Shown here one piece after another: positions 9,605 to 18,487 of a stretch of 64,000 bases of DNA. The DNA is taken from the NCBI GenBank assembly GCA_030429765.1, contig JAUIER010000007.1, forward strand, positions 68,372 through 132,371. Direction: 5' to 3'. Both the position numbers and the translations under genes were made by a program. This stretch comes from a bacterium. Lineage in GTDB: Bacteria; Omnitrophota; Gorgyraeia; Zapsychrales; Zapsychraceae. Numbering within the stretch: position 1 is the first letter of the stretch; the number at the start of each line of letters is the position of its first letter. The notes beneath the pieces were generated by a model, which saw only the letters and a program-made list of their open reading frames with translations, had not been told where the DNA came from and did no database searches.

Positions 9605-10174
9605 TTACACCATTTCCCGCTCGAGCAGCATCGCGTAATATTCCCCCCGGGGGTTGCTTCGGAAATCTTCATATGCCTCCGGCAAATGCAGCCGGAAATA
9701 TTGAATCAAGTATCCCATGGCCCGGCAGAATTCCATTCCGACGGTATGCACCGCCTCGTTGTTAGCGCAAAGCCGGCGTTCACCCGCCTTCTCATCCGCG
9801 GACATCTTCTTGAACGCATCGATCCGGTCGAACATGGACGCATGCTGACGCACAAAAAATCGAACGATCTCCTGTTTGTTGACGAGTTGAGCGGATTGAA
9901 CATCCTGTTCAAACTTCCAGTATTGCCATACATCATATTTTCGCACCGGACGCTCCCCATCGTCCGGATTCCAATGATGCCAGTTAAATCTGACCCGGGC
10001 GTTGGTGAGATAATCCCACAAGACCGGCGCGACCAGCGCTTCTTCCTGAGTAAACTCCACCGGATAGCGCTGCGTGAACACCCGATGATCCGCGTAGTTA
10101 TAGGCGTCCCCTGTCTGCAGCTCCAGCCACTTGGAAACAAACACCAATGTCACACCAATCAAAAATAATTCCAT
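9605..10174 (-). CDS. Hypothetical exported protein
   Basis: 189 aa with N-terminal hydrophobic segment, Trp/Tyr rich; 12 nt from upstream TPR gene. Confidence 0.3.
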   Translation of the reverse strand: MELFLIGVTLVFVSKWLELQTGDAYNYADHRVFTQRYPVEFTQEEALVAPVLWDYLTNARVRFNWHHWNPDDGERPVRKYDVWQYWKFEQDVQSAQLVNKQEIVRFFVRQHASMFDRIDAFKKMSADEKAGERRLCANNEAVHTVGMEFCRAMGYLIQYFRLHLPEAYEDFRSNPRGEYYAMLLEREMV

Positions 10175-10185
10175 ACAGCTACCAC

Positions 10186-11172
10186 CTACTCCTCGTCATA
10201 AAAACTATACCCATTCGTCTCATAAACCCCCTTGGGCTGCGGCTCAGATTCAAGAATCTCACACTCTTCGACGGACAGAGAGTCACGAACCTCCCGCGGC
10301 TCGAATTCTTTGATAAATTCCATCGCCTCCTCGACGCTGTCGGCCACGACATCATAACTGGTCAAAAATCCAGGGACCACACCATCATCACCAATCGGCC
10401 CATGCCAGCGGCCGTCGACCATGATGCGATAATACTGCGCCTGTTCGTAGTCCTGATCATTTCGCAATTCCCGCAACAGATACTGCAATTCCGTATTGTG
10501 TTTATCAAACTGCAAGGCCGAGAGGATCAGATCACGCGCGACATCCTCCTGCTGCAGATTGGCATGCGCGTAGGCCAGCTCGTACAGGACACGCGCCCAT
10601 TCAATGCCGTTCTCAAACTTGGCTTGATCATTGATTTCCAGTTTTTCGAAATACGCAATCGCCGGCCGGAATTCCTTGCGGCAATTGAAATTCGACATCG
10701 ACAAGGCATGACATCGCAAACGCATTGCCGTATCGACATCCTTGAACTCAGGATGAGCGTAGATCTTGGCCAACTTGGCCAGACTGGTGTCGGTATCGCG
10801 TTGACGTAAGAGCGCCAGCGCGTAGTTAAACTGAAGCCCGATAAAATCCGTCGATTCACATTTCAGGCCCGCCTCGTACATCTCAAAGGCCTTGTCGTAC
10901 TTTTCCATATCCGAATAATAATTGCCGAGCATATTCCAGAACCGCCACAGGGCGGGAAATTTATCCACCGCCTCTTCGAGCACCGCGATTGCCTGTTCAT
11001 AATCGGCTTGATCTCCATAAACCAGCGCGCGGATCTCGAACGCCCCGGTGTAACGCAATTGCTCGAGCCGATCCGCGATCGCCAGGGCTTTGTCATATTC
11101 CTCAAACTCGATCAGGTCATACGCCTCATGCATCAGATCATCACACAAATTTTGCTTGTCGTTGGTGGTCAT
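10186..11172 (-). CDS. Tetratricopeptide (TPR) repeat protein
   Basis: Multiple about 34-aa repeats with A/Y/L pattern (AFEMYEAGL, AIAVLEEAV, ALALLRQRD). Confidence 0.6.
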   Translation of the reverse strand: MTTNDKQNLCDDLMHEAYDLIEFEEYDKALAIADRLEQLRYTGAFEIRALVYGDQADYEQAIAVLEEAVDKFPALWRFWNMLGNYYSDMEKYDKAFEMYEAGLKCESTDFIGLQFNYALALLRQRDTDTSLAKLAKIYAHPEFKDVDTAMRLRCHALSMSNFNCRKEFRPAIAYFEKLEINDQAKFENGIEWARVLYELAYAHANLQQEDVARDLILSALQFDKHNTELQYLLRELRNDQDYEQAQYYRIMVDGRWHGPIGDDGVVPGFLTSYDVVADSVEEAMEFIKEFEPREVRDSLSVEECEILESEPQPKGVYETNGYSFYDEE

Positions 11173-11222
11173 ACTAAGACTACTTTATAGGAAAGGCCTT
11201 TGCTAATCTATAGAAAATCACA

Positions 11223-12221
11223 TTACTCTCGGACTAGTTTTTCACCATCATAGCACCACGCATTCTCTTTTGAAAGCATGATACCTCCCACCTCATCCGT
11301 AACTTTATTTATATGACAAAAATTCTGATTTTTATCCAAAACATCTTTGCCAACATCTGTGAGGCAAACCATCAGTGTTTTCCAATCACAGAGATCCCCC
11401 TCTAATTTGAGCAATGGTTGATCCAGCTGAGGATCTACCATCCTCTTGAGTCGATAAAAAATATACCAATCGCCTACATAGTCGTAACGGTCCATGCAAT
11501 CAGCCAATATATAACCAATCACTAGTCTCATCTTCGGTCCTTTCTTGGACACATAACGAAGAATCTCCAAATCAAAAAAATTCAAGCCTGTCTTCGCGTT
11601 AGGAAATCGTCTGACAATCGATTTTTGGTGCCAACCCATGATATGGCCAGGCTCAAATTCCTTACTCAAGAAATCATTAATATTTTGTGGATTAGAACTA
11701 CAAACAGTCATCCAAAGATCTCGCAAGCAAGATTTTTCACCTGAACTTATGAGTTGAAGTTCAACCTTCTGACGGATCTTATCAGTCGCCACCAAATACA
11801 TTGATGCCGCGATTGTTCCGTTAAACAACTTGTCGCTAATTATCGGAGCATATACCTGTAAATTATGAATGCGCAAAGATTCAAGAATGAATAGAATACA
11901 GCCTATATTCAATTGCTCCCTATAGTCTAGACCACACCAAATAACAATTGGTGTCGGGTTGTTACGTTGTATGCATGTTCTGATATTGGGATATATATCA
12001 ATGACAGGTAAGGCCGCATCTCCATAGAGTTTTTTCTTGTAGCCCCTTCGAATGTCGACCCATTTGTCGGATTTATCCGGTGAAATCAGCGGGCCAATCG
12101 ACAGATCATCATTTATAAATATGCAAAACTCTACAGATAAATCTAAAACCTCGTTCATTTCTTTGAAACTATACTCATGAGGAAATATGTGTAGAGCATT
12201 ATCTGGAATGACCAATGACAT
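11223..12221 (-). CDS. Hypothetical cytoplasmic protein, possibly DUF1835/DUF3658-like
   Basis: 332 aa; DDLSIGPL motif recalled from DUF1835; about 40% GC island. Confidence 0.3.
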   Translation of the reverse strand: MSLVIPDNALHIFPHEYSFKEMNEVLDLSVEFCIFINDDLSIGPLISPDKSDKWVDIRRGYKKKLYGDAALPVIDIYPNIRTCIQRNNPTPIVIWCGLDYREQLNIGCILFILESLRIHNLQVYAPIISDKLFNGTIAASMYLVATDKIRQKVELQLISSGEKSCLRDLWMTVCSSNPQNINDFLSKEFEPGHIMGWHQKSIVRRFPNAKTGLNFFDLEILRYVSKKGPKMRLVIGYILADCMDRYDYVGDWYIFYRLKRMVDPQLDQPLLKLEGDLCDWKTLMVCLTDVGKDVLDKNQNFCHINKVTDEVGGIMLSKENAWCYDGEKLVRE

Positions 12222-12302
12222 ATATAATTTTTTGTAATTTAAAGATTAAACTTAATGCGAGGAACTATCGACCAACGCGACAATCGAAGCTGGTCGCGAA
12301 TA

Positions 12303-12329
12303 GGAGTCGCTATGCTTCAAAGCGACTCC
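12303..12329 (-). terminator. Perfect 9-bp stem/9-nt loop hairpin directly downstream of CDS 12339..12932 (no U-tract)
   Basis: GGAGTCGCT atgcttcaa AGCGACTCC read from sequence. Confidence 0.3.
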
Positions 12330-12338
12330 GTCACTTCC

Positions 12339-12932
12339 CTAGGAAACTATCTCAATCCGCTCCACCCAGATGACTTCACATGAACTGCCGCCGCGGTCGG
12401 TTCGGGTCAGCGAACTGTTCCAGTACCAGCCCTTGGGACCTTTGATCCAGACCAGCTGACCGCGGATGCGGACCACCTGTCCTTTGCGGGCCTGCTTGAT
12501 GGTCTTGAGGACTTTTTCATTCGCCGGGATCAGATGCATGTTGGCGCTGTGACTGACAATCTCGTCGAGCGGCAGCGGCGGCTCTTCATAGCGGTACTTG
12601 TACCAGCGGCCGGACTGCCAGATCTTCATCTGACTGATCACATTATAACTCGACATCGGTCCCCAGCCTAATGCAAAATCCATCGGCGAGAGCTTGGCGC
12701 CAGCATCCGACGAGTAATACTTCTTGCTGAGCAGCCGGGCCTCGATATCAAACTGGGCCTTGGGAGTGATGGTGTAGCCTTTGTGGTCGAATGGTTTTTT
12801 GTGGGTTGCCGTCTGGACCGGTTCTTTGCGAACCACGTGGGATTTGTCATAGTCCACCCAATCATTGAGGTGATGACTGTACCAGACGCCCGAACAGATC
12901 AGTAACGTGAGGATGATGACATGTTTACCCAT
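12339..12932 (-). CDS. Hypothetical membrane-anchored/secreted protein
   Basis: Likely start MGKHVIILTLLICSGVWYS; C-terminal beta-rich GQVVRIRGQLVWIKGPKGWYW segment. Confidence 0.3.
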   Translation of the reverse strand: MGKHVIILTLLICSGVWYSHHLNDWVDYDKSHVVRKEPVQTATHKKPFDHKGYTITPKAQFDIEARLLSKKYYSSDAGAKLSPMDFALGWGPMSSYNVISQMKIWQSGRWYKYRYEEPPLPLDEIVSHSANMHLIPANEKVLKTIKQARKGQVVRIRGQLVWIKGPKGWYWNSSLTRTDRGGSSCEVIWVERIEIVS

Positions 12933-13113
12933 AAAAAACCCCGGTGACGAAAGGGTCATCGGGTGACATGTGATCGATCCGGTAACCCAGCCGCCGTTTG
13001 AACAAGTTCAAGTAGGCCTGTCGGCTTTGCGAACCGCGCTTTCGCTGCGGCGTGCCTTTAGCGTTATACATTCAAGTATGCCTTATATGCGGTAACTCGT
13101 CAAATATCAGCCC

Positions 13114-13776
13114 TTACAAATCCTCCAGATCCGCCTGCATTTGAGGCTGAATCCCGTCAAAGCACCCGGATTGGATCGCGTTGGCTAATTCCTCCCGGGC
13201 CAGCTCACGCTCTGAACAATGCCTGGCCGTATACGCCGTATAAAACGACCGGACCGGCGACGGCTGATTGCCGAATCCCCACAGGCCACCGTCGATACAG
13301 GGAAGATCCTCCCTGAAAATCCGCAACACCTCGCGATCGTCCGCCAAACGGTCCAGCACCGGCAGCGCCCGATTGAGGATTTGATCGCGCGCGTCCGCCA
13401 CACACGGCTCAACATCCCGCTCCCCTTTAATCAGCCAAATATCCGGCCGCTTGAGTCGCCGTTGCGTCAAACCTTTATGAAGCGTCATCCGCAATGGACA
13501 TTCATATTCCTGCGGGATCAACTGGTCTGAGCGGGTCCGGATCGGATGTGTGACCGGAATGTACTTGAGAAAACAACCTATATTAACGGCAAATGAATAC
13601 GTCGTGCATCCCACGGATTCTGCCAGGTAGGCATTGAACGATTGAAAATTGATGACGTCGATGCGTTGCGCGCGATAGCGCCAGGAATTCCGGCTGGTGA
13701 ACTGGGTGAAGCCATGCTCCTTGAGAACCGGATGAACGACTTGTTTGATCGCTTTATTGACCACGCGGCTGTCCAT
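13114..13776 (-). CDS. DUF4304 family protein
   Basis: N-terminus MDSRVVNKAIKQVVHPVLKEHGFTQF matches the DUF4304 signature. Confidence 0.45.
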   Translation of the reverse strand: MDSRVVNKAIKQVVHPVLKEHGFTQFTSRNSWRYRAQRIDVINFQSFNAYLAESVGCTTYSFAVNIGCFLKYIPVTHPIRTRSDQLIPQEYECPLRMTLHKGLTQRRLKRPDIWLIKGERDVEPCVADARDQILNRALPVLDRLADDREVLRIFREDLPCIDGGLWGFGNQPSPVRSFYTAYTARHCSERELAREELANAIQSGCFDGIQPQMQADLEDL

Positions 13777-13779
13777 CGC

Positions 13780-14322
13780 TCACTCCACCGCCGTCCATTG
13801 ATCCGGATGATACTGATCGTCGAGATATGCATCCCACTCCTCATCGTACGGATGAACTCGGTCGACAAGCGTTTCGCCTCGATACACCGGACGCCCCTGA
13901 TTCGCCCATTGAAAGATCGATCCTTCAAAGTTCTGCACATTGGTGTATCCCCGGGATTGCAATTGCCGAGCCACCTCAGCCGAACGATACCCCACCGAAC
14001 AATACACCACGATCGGATCATCCCTAGATACATCAGCCACGACGGCGCCTATCTCCGCCCAACTCTCCGCCGGCACTGCTCCGCGCAGATGGCTCACCGC
14101 AAACTCATCCACCGAACGAATATCCAGCAACACCGGCTGAGTTCGTGATGGATCGTTCATCCAGTCATTGAGATCAGAGGTAGAGATTGATTTCACGTCG
14201 GGATATTTCGAGTGGATTTCCAATGTTAATTCCGACCATTCGTTGCTTACCGAATTGGTATTTACACAAGCAAGTAAACATAAACTCAACGATAGAACAA
14301 TTATTACCTTTAGTCGTATCAA
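13780..14322 (-). CDS. Rhodanese-domain lipoprotein (sulfurtransferase)
   Basis: Lipobox LLAC; rhodanese fold with active-site CSVGYRS. Confidence 0.7.
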   Translation of the reverse strand: MIRLKVIIVLSLSLCLLACVNTNSVSNEWSELTLEIHSKYPDVKSISTSDLNDWMNDPSRTQPVLLDIRSVDEFAVSHLRGAVPAESWAEIGAVVADVSRDDPIVVYCSVGYRSAEVARQLQSRGYTNVQNFEGSIFQWANQGRPVYRGETLVDRVHPYDEEWDAYLDDQYHPDQWTAVE

Positions 14323-14373
14323 TTTGCTACCCTTAGACGCATACTTCCAAGGTTTGTGCTTGTAACCTCTAAT

Positions 14374-14949
14374 TTAGACAAATACATCATTTACCCAAGT
14401 ATTCCTTGTTGCCTTTGTTTTAACCTTGATTAACATTTCCACTTCAGATGAATTTAAATTGCTGTAGAGCAATCTATCCGTTTCAACGGTTACTTTATTG
14501 ATTAAGGAATCATCCTCTAACAAACAAAAAAACGGACTTTCCTCTTCCTTCGGAGTATCATCCTTTGGAATTTCGGCAGATGACTTTGGCATCCGTAACG
14601 CGTCAAATAACGTTTTTAGGCGATTATCAATATCTCCTGATTGAGCGATTATCGATCCAGGGGGTTCTGGTCTAAGAAGCATGATGTGTAATTCAGCGTA
14701 TAAATTATGTTTATCGTTCACAAGAGGCACAAACAAAAATTCTCCTACAGCCTGAGCAGCAGAATATTCATTGTCAGGATTAAAGACATTCCGACTTTCT
14801 CTAAACTCCGAGAGTGGCAGCTGTCCCCACAATACTTGCAGTTGCGCATGGAAGTGGCGACGGATCAACTGCTTATCCAGAGGAGATCCACTGGATTCTA
14901 ACCTTCCTCTGTAATGTAAAATAAATTCCATAATTTTGTCCCAAAACAA
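14374..14949 (-). CDS. Hypothetical protein, low-GC ORFan
   Basis: 191 aa, about 38% GC, no TM; no confident family assignment. Confidence 0.3.
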   Translation of the reverse strand: MFWDKIMEFILHYRGRLESSGSPLDKQLIRRHFHAQLQVLWGQLPLSEFRESRNVFNPDNEYSAAQAVGEFLFVPLVNDKHNLYAELHIMLLRPEPPGSIIAQSGDIDNRLKTLFDALRMPKSSAEIPKDDTPKEEESPFFCLLEDDSLINKVTVETDRLLYSNLNSSEVEMLIKVKTKATRNTWVNDVFV

Positions 14950-15016
14950 AAAATTCGGAAAAAATAACTAAAACCAATGTGCTTGTTGAGTCTATATTCT
15001 GTCAAACCACTAGATA

Positions 15017-15178
15017 CTACCCCTCATTGCGCTTTCTTAATTCTTCCAGTATTTCCCTAAGAGTATTATTCATTAGGTTGATTTTGAAGTACCAACAAAA
15101 AAATTCTCTAGCACAAACAAACAACAGGACAGAAACGATCCAAATTCCTGCTATAAGCAAAAATTGTTCGCTAGTCAT
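15017..15178 (-). CDS. Small single-TM protein (53 aa) with strong SD
   Basis: Hand translation MTSEQFLLIAGIWIVSVLLFVCAREFFCWYFKINLMNNTLREILEELRKRNEG; AAGGAGGG 4 nt upstream of ATG; below the ORF-track size cutoff. Confidence 0.35.
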   Translation of the reverse strand: MTSEQFLLIAGIWIVSVLLFVCAREFFCWYFKINLMNNTLREILEELRKRNEG

Positions 15179-15240
15179 TTACCCTCCTTTAAGCTTACTG
15201 CTAATCCCTACCTATCAAACACTACCCCCTAACCGCTACC

Positions 15241-15552
15241 CTACTTCTTAAACAACCCACCCGTGTAATCAATCGGATGGCCATATTTTTTGTAGTCGAG
15301 GCCGACGTCTTCGAGATCGGTCATCATCGGGCCGTGAAATCCGAAAGGAGTTTCGGAGAAGAAGGCGTCGATCAATTCTTTTTCACCGACCTGATCGTTG
15401 CCGTTTTCTTTGGCGTTCGCCAGCGATTTTTTGGTGATCGCCTTCTCGGCCATCGGCCGGAGAAAGATCGGCATTTTCTTGAGGACCTGCTGATACAGAT
15501 CGGCCACCGCCGGGTCCCACTCGGCCCCGTACTTGCTTTCGGTGTCGCTCAT
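15241..15552 (-). CDS. Small PCP_red-like (protochlorophyllide-reductase C-terminal-like) domain protein
   Basis: WDPAVADLYQQVLKKMPIFLRPMAEKAITKKSLANAKENG resembles PF08369; GGAGGA SD upstream. Confidence 0.35.
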   Translation of the reverse strand: MSDTESKYGAEWDPAVADLYQQVLKKMPIFLRPMAEKAITKKSLANAKENGNDQVGEKELIDAFFSETPFGFHGPMMTDLEDVGLDYKKYGHPIDYTGGLFKK

Positions 15553-15554
15553 CC

Positions 15555-16406
15555 CTATTCCTCCATCGCCGGCGCGGTTTCAATGTCATCGGCCGCCTGG
15601 ATCAAATTGGTTGAAAACGATCGGGCCGCCTGGGTCAGCGCGACCTTAAGACCGCCGGTCACCGCCTTGTGATATTTCGTCCCGACCTCTGAATCGGCAA
15701 AGGCCAGGTACTGGGCGAGTTCGTCCTGGGACAGTTCCTGATAGGTAAACAGCATCGAGTCGACCACATATCCCTGATACTGACGTTTCATCATCGGACG
15801 GCTCATCTCGATCTTCTGATCAATCTGACGGGCGGTCATGCGTTGGTCACTCGGCAGATACGGCATCGCGCTCATCGCCACGGCTTTGTGTGTGTTGATC
15901 ATCACATCAAGCAGGGTGTCCGTGCCGCCGACCGAATCATCCAGTGCTGACATGATCTCGCGTCGGGCCGCGGGAATATCTTTGCTGTCGATCATCGCGA
16001 CAAAACGCTGACGTTCGAGTTCACTCTCCGGTGTGCTGCGGTCTTTTTCGATCTGGGTGATGCGCGCCCCGATATCCGAGTTCAGCCACTCGAGCGCACC
16101 GGTCATAGTGGCGTCATCGAGATTCGCCGCGAGGTGCTCCCGTAATGTATCCTTCATGACATCCGGATCATACGCGTCCTGCAGGACCGACTGCACATGC
16201 AGCAACCCCTGCGGATCCGCGTCACGGTTGGCCTGGACCGATTGATTGACGCTGACGGATACAACTTCCGGTATACTTTCGATCTGCGCGTTGAGACCGG
16301 ACTTTTCCATTAACTCATCAATCGACCCGGCATGGGCCGGCTGGGCCGCCGCGATCATGAGCACGGCCATGCAAAGGGTTGGTAGTATTCGTGCGATGCG
16401 ATTCAT
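15555..16406 (-). CDS. Periplasmic DUF2059-like protein
   Basis: Signal peptide then helical repeats; 2 nt from the downstream gene. Confidence 0.4.
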   Translation of the reverse strand: MNRIARILPTLCMAVLMIAAAQPAHAGSIDELMEKSGLNAQIESIPEVVSVSVNQSVQANRDADPQGLLHVQSVLQDAYDPDVMKDTLREHLAANLDDATMTGALEWLNSDIGARITQIEKDRSTPESELERQRFVAMIDSKDIPAARREIMSALDDSVGGTDTLLDVMINTHKAVAMSAMPYLPSDQRMTARQIDQKIEMSRPMMKRQYQGYVVDSMLFTYQELSQDELAQYLAFADSEVGTKYHKAVTGGLKVALTQAARSFSTNLIQAADDIETAPAMEE

Positions 16407-16472
16407 AAGATCTCCTTGGTAGGTTTTTGTGTATTGTCTTGCTTTTTCCCTGATTTGCTCTATAAATAAGGT

Positions 16473-17132
16473 ATGGCTAGATCGTTTTATATTAGCGTGT
16501 GTTGGGTTTTCCTACAAGCGGCAATTTGCGCCGCGCATCCGCCGAGCGGTATCGACGTGCAGTATGATGCATCACGGGGTAAACTGATGCTGGACGTCAA
16601 GCATCTGTCGCGTGACAATGTCGGCCATTACATCCAGCGCATCGAGATCCAGAAAAACGACGAACGGCCTCGCTCCTTTTCGTATCGCCAGCAGGTGCAT
16701 CCCAATTCATTTACAGCCGATATTACCTACTCCGTCGAAACGTTCGACAAGCTCAAAATCACCGCGTATTCACGCGAAGGCGGATCCAAGACCGTTGAAT
16801 GGGAAGCCACGGAAGAAGAAATGGCCCGCGAGGTTGAACCGCGCGCTAAGCGTCAGCGCAGTATCTCAACTCATCCCAAGGATTCAGACCGACTCAAACC
16901 CGCGGTGCCGACCGATCCGGAAATCTCCAAACCGGCGGTGCCAAAAGATTCCGACAAGATCCGTCCGGCGTTCACCCGTGATCCCGACATCGCCAAACCC
17001 GCCATTCCAACGGACCCGTCGAAGATTCGACCGGCGGTCTCGTATGATCCGGATGTGGCCAAGCCCACGCATCCCCGCGATCCATCCAAGCTCAAGCCCG
17101 CGGTTCCCCGCACCAATTCATATTCTAACTAA
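16473..17132 (+). CDS. Secreted SoxZ-like domain protein with C-terminal proline-rich 11-residue repeats
   Basis: N-domain HPPSGIDVQYDASRGKL...HYIQRIEIQKNDE...KITAYSREGGSKTVEW parallels SoxZ (HPMETG...HFIQ...KFSWTDNKGGSETE); tail is 7 copies of (K/R)PA(V/I)P(T/K)DPxxx. Confidence 0.45.
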   Translation: MARSFYISVCWVFLQAAICAAHPPSGIDVQYDASRGKLMLDVKHLSRDNVGHYIQRIEIQKNDERPRSFSYRQQVHPNSFTADITYSVETFDKLKITAYSREGGSKTVEWEATEEEMAREVEPRAKRQRSISTHPKDSDRLKPAVPTDPEISKPAVPKDSDKIRPAFTRDPDIAKPAIPTDPSKIRPAVSYDPDVAKPTHPRDPSKLKPAVPRTNSYSN

Positions 17133-17443
17133 GACGCCTGCTGCCAGGCATTGTATCCACCCGATAGACTCGCAACATTCGTAAAGCCGTTTTCCAGCAT
17201 GGCCGCGCAAAATGATAAGCTGCTGTTGCCGTAATAGCAATAACACACGATCCGATCGTCTTTACCGACGGTCGCCACAAATTCCTCAAAATTATGCGGC
17301 TGAACATGCACCGCGCCCTCGACATGCTCGGCCTCATAGTCCATCGGTGAACGGATATCAACGATCTTCACCGGTCCCTCGGCCATCCATTGTTTGGCGG
17401 TATTGACATCGACCTCTTTGATTTCCATATCTTCGTCACTCAT
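17129..17443 (-). CDS. Single-domain rhodanese sulfurtransferase (GlpE-like)
   Basis: 104 aa; IVDIRSPMDYEAEH...VCYCYYGNSS active-site loop. Confidence 0.75.
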   Translation of the reverse strand: MSDEDMEIKEVDVNTAKQWMAEGPVKIVDIRSPMDYEAEHVEGAVHVQPHNFEEFVATVGKDDRIVCYCYYGNSSLSFCAAMLENGFTNVASLSGGYNAWQQAS

Positions 17444-17457
17444 ATCTTCTCCTACAT

Positions 17458-18480
17458 TTATGGTATGGTTTTTAATTGATGATTATCATACAAGCATAAC
17501 AGTCCGCGTAACATTTTTTCACTAAAGACCTGTGCACCGGCCGCCGTCAGGTGACGTTCATCGCGCCAGTAATCAATTTGATACAGCGATTCAAGCTCTG
17601 GAATCAGCGCCAATCCCAATCGGCTGAAATACTGGAGCGCCTCCGGTGAAGGATACCCCTGCCTGAATTGGGGCAAGTACGTAAAATAGACCTTGGTGTC
17701 ATAGGCCTCGGCCAAGGCCACCATCCGCCGCAGATAAAAATCAGCCAGCGTTCCCTCAATCCCGTGGCCCGAAAAACGCGGCAGCGTCTTGGGCGGTTGC
17801 ATCCGTTTATACTGCTGTAAAAATGCCGGGTCCTGCTGCTGAGCGATATCCGGAAAATAAAATCCCCGTGCCTGATGATACTCCTGCTGAACACGGTCGC
17901 GAGATCCGTCGCGATTCTGTAACCAGGCCACCGCCCGCCCCATCCACACCCGCGGGACGCGTACAGCGATGTCACCAAGCATTTGCGAAATCGTCCGCCA
18001 CTGAAACTTCAACGATAATTCCGATTGCGGCTGCGGCTTTTGGGAGTCTCTCTGCAAGTATTGAATCTCCTGAAGCACATCATCGATCGACGCGAAATGC
18101 CGCATATAGCTGTGATGGCCGATCACCTCTTCCATGGAAAATTCCAGTATCAGATTTTTCACCCTGCGGTTTTGAAGGGTATGTTTAAGTGTAATATAAT
18201 CCACATCACGCCCCACCCAATTCCGTCCGAAATTAAGGACACGGGTATGCGTTCCGGCGGTCTGTTCCATAATCAGCGGATCCAGCGCCGTCCAGATCCC
18301 GGAACTGCCCACGATCAGATAATCCACCGGCCGCCGATTGCGTTCGTAGATCTGCGTCTCGATCCAGCTCCACTTGCTGTCCAGCACGCTCAATTGATAC
18401 CGCGGAAACATCTCGCTGACAATCAATGACAATCCGGAGAGCACAACAACGACGATAATAATTCGAAGTAGATTTTTCAT
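17458..18480 (-). CDS. Membrane-anchored SGNH/DltD-AlgJ-like acyltransferase partner
   Basis: N-terminal TM; LIVGSSGIW block I-like and DERHLTAAG block V (DxxH); adjacent to MBOAT. Confidence 0.45.
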   Translation of the reverse strand: MKNLLRIIIVVVVLSGLSLIVSEMFPRYQLSVLDSKWSWIETQIYERNRRPVDYLIVGSSGIWTALDPLIMEQTAGTHTRVLNFGRNWVGRDVDYITLKHTLQNRRVKNLILEFSMEEVIGHHSYMRHFASIDDVLQEIQYLQRDSQKPQPQSELSLKFQWRTISQMLGDIAVRVPRVWMGRAVAWLQNRDGSRDRVQQEYHQARGFYFPDIAQQQDPAFLQQYKRMQPPKTLPRFSGHGIEGTLADFYLRRMVALAEAYDTKVYFTYLPQFRQGYPSPEALQYFSRLGLALIPELESLYQIDYWRDERHLTAAGAQVFSEKMLRGLLCLYDNHQLKTIP

Positions 18481-18487
18481 ATAATCG

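Noticed and set aside
9485-10168. 227-aa plus-strand ORF
   Set aside because: Shadow ORF antisense to the 189-aa minus gene that sits in operon context; composition is junk-like.
10147-10809. 220-aa plus-strand ORF
   Set aside because: Antisense to the TPR gene; low-complexity R/L-rich translation.
14374-14949. Considered minimal nucleotidyltransferase or HEPN assignment for the 191-aa ORFan (GSIIAQSGDID, RRHFH)
   Set aside because: Spacing does not fit the GSx9-13DxD or Rx4-6H consensus; left unassigned.
16473-16800. Considered superoxide reductase/desulfoferrodoxin domain for the N-domain of the plus-strand secreted protein
   Set aside because: No Cys ligand after the His-rich strands; the pattern fits SoxZ better.
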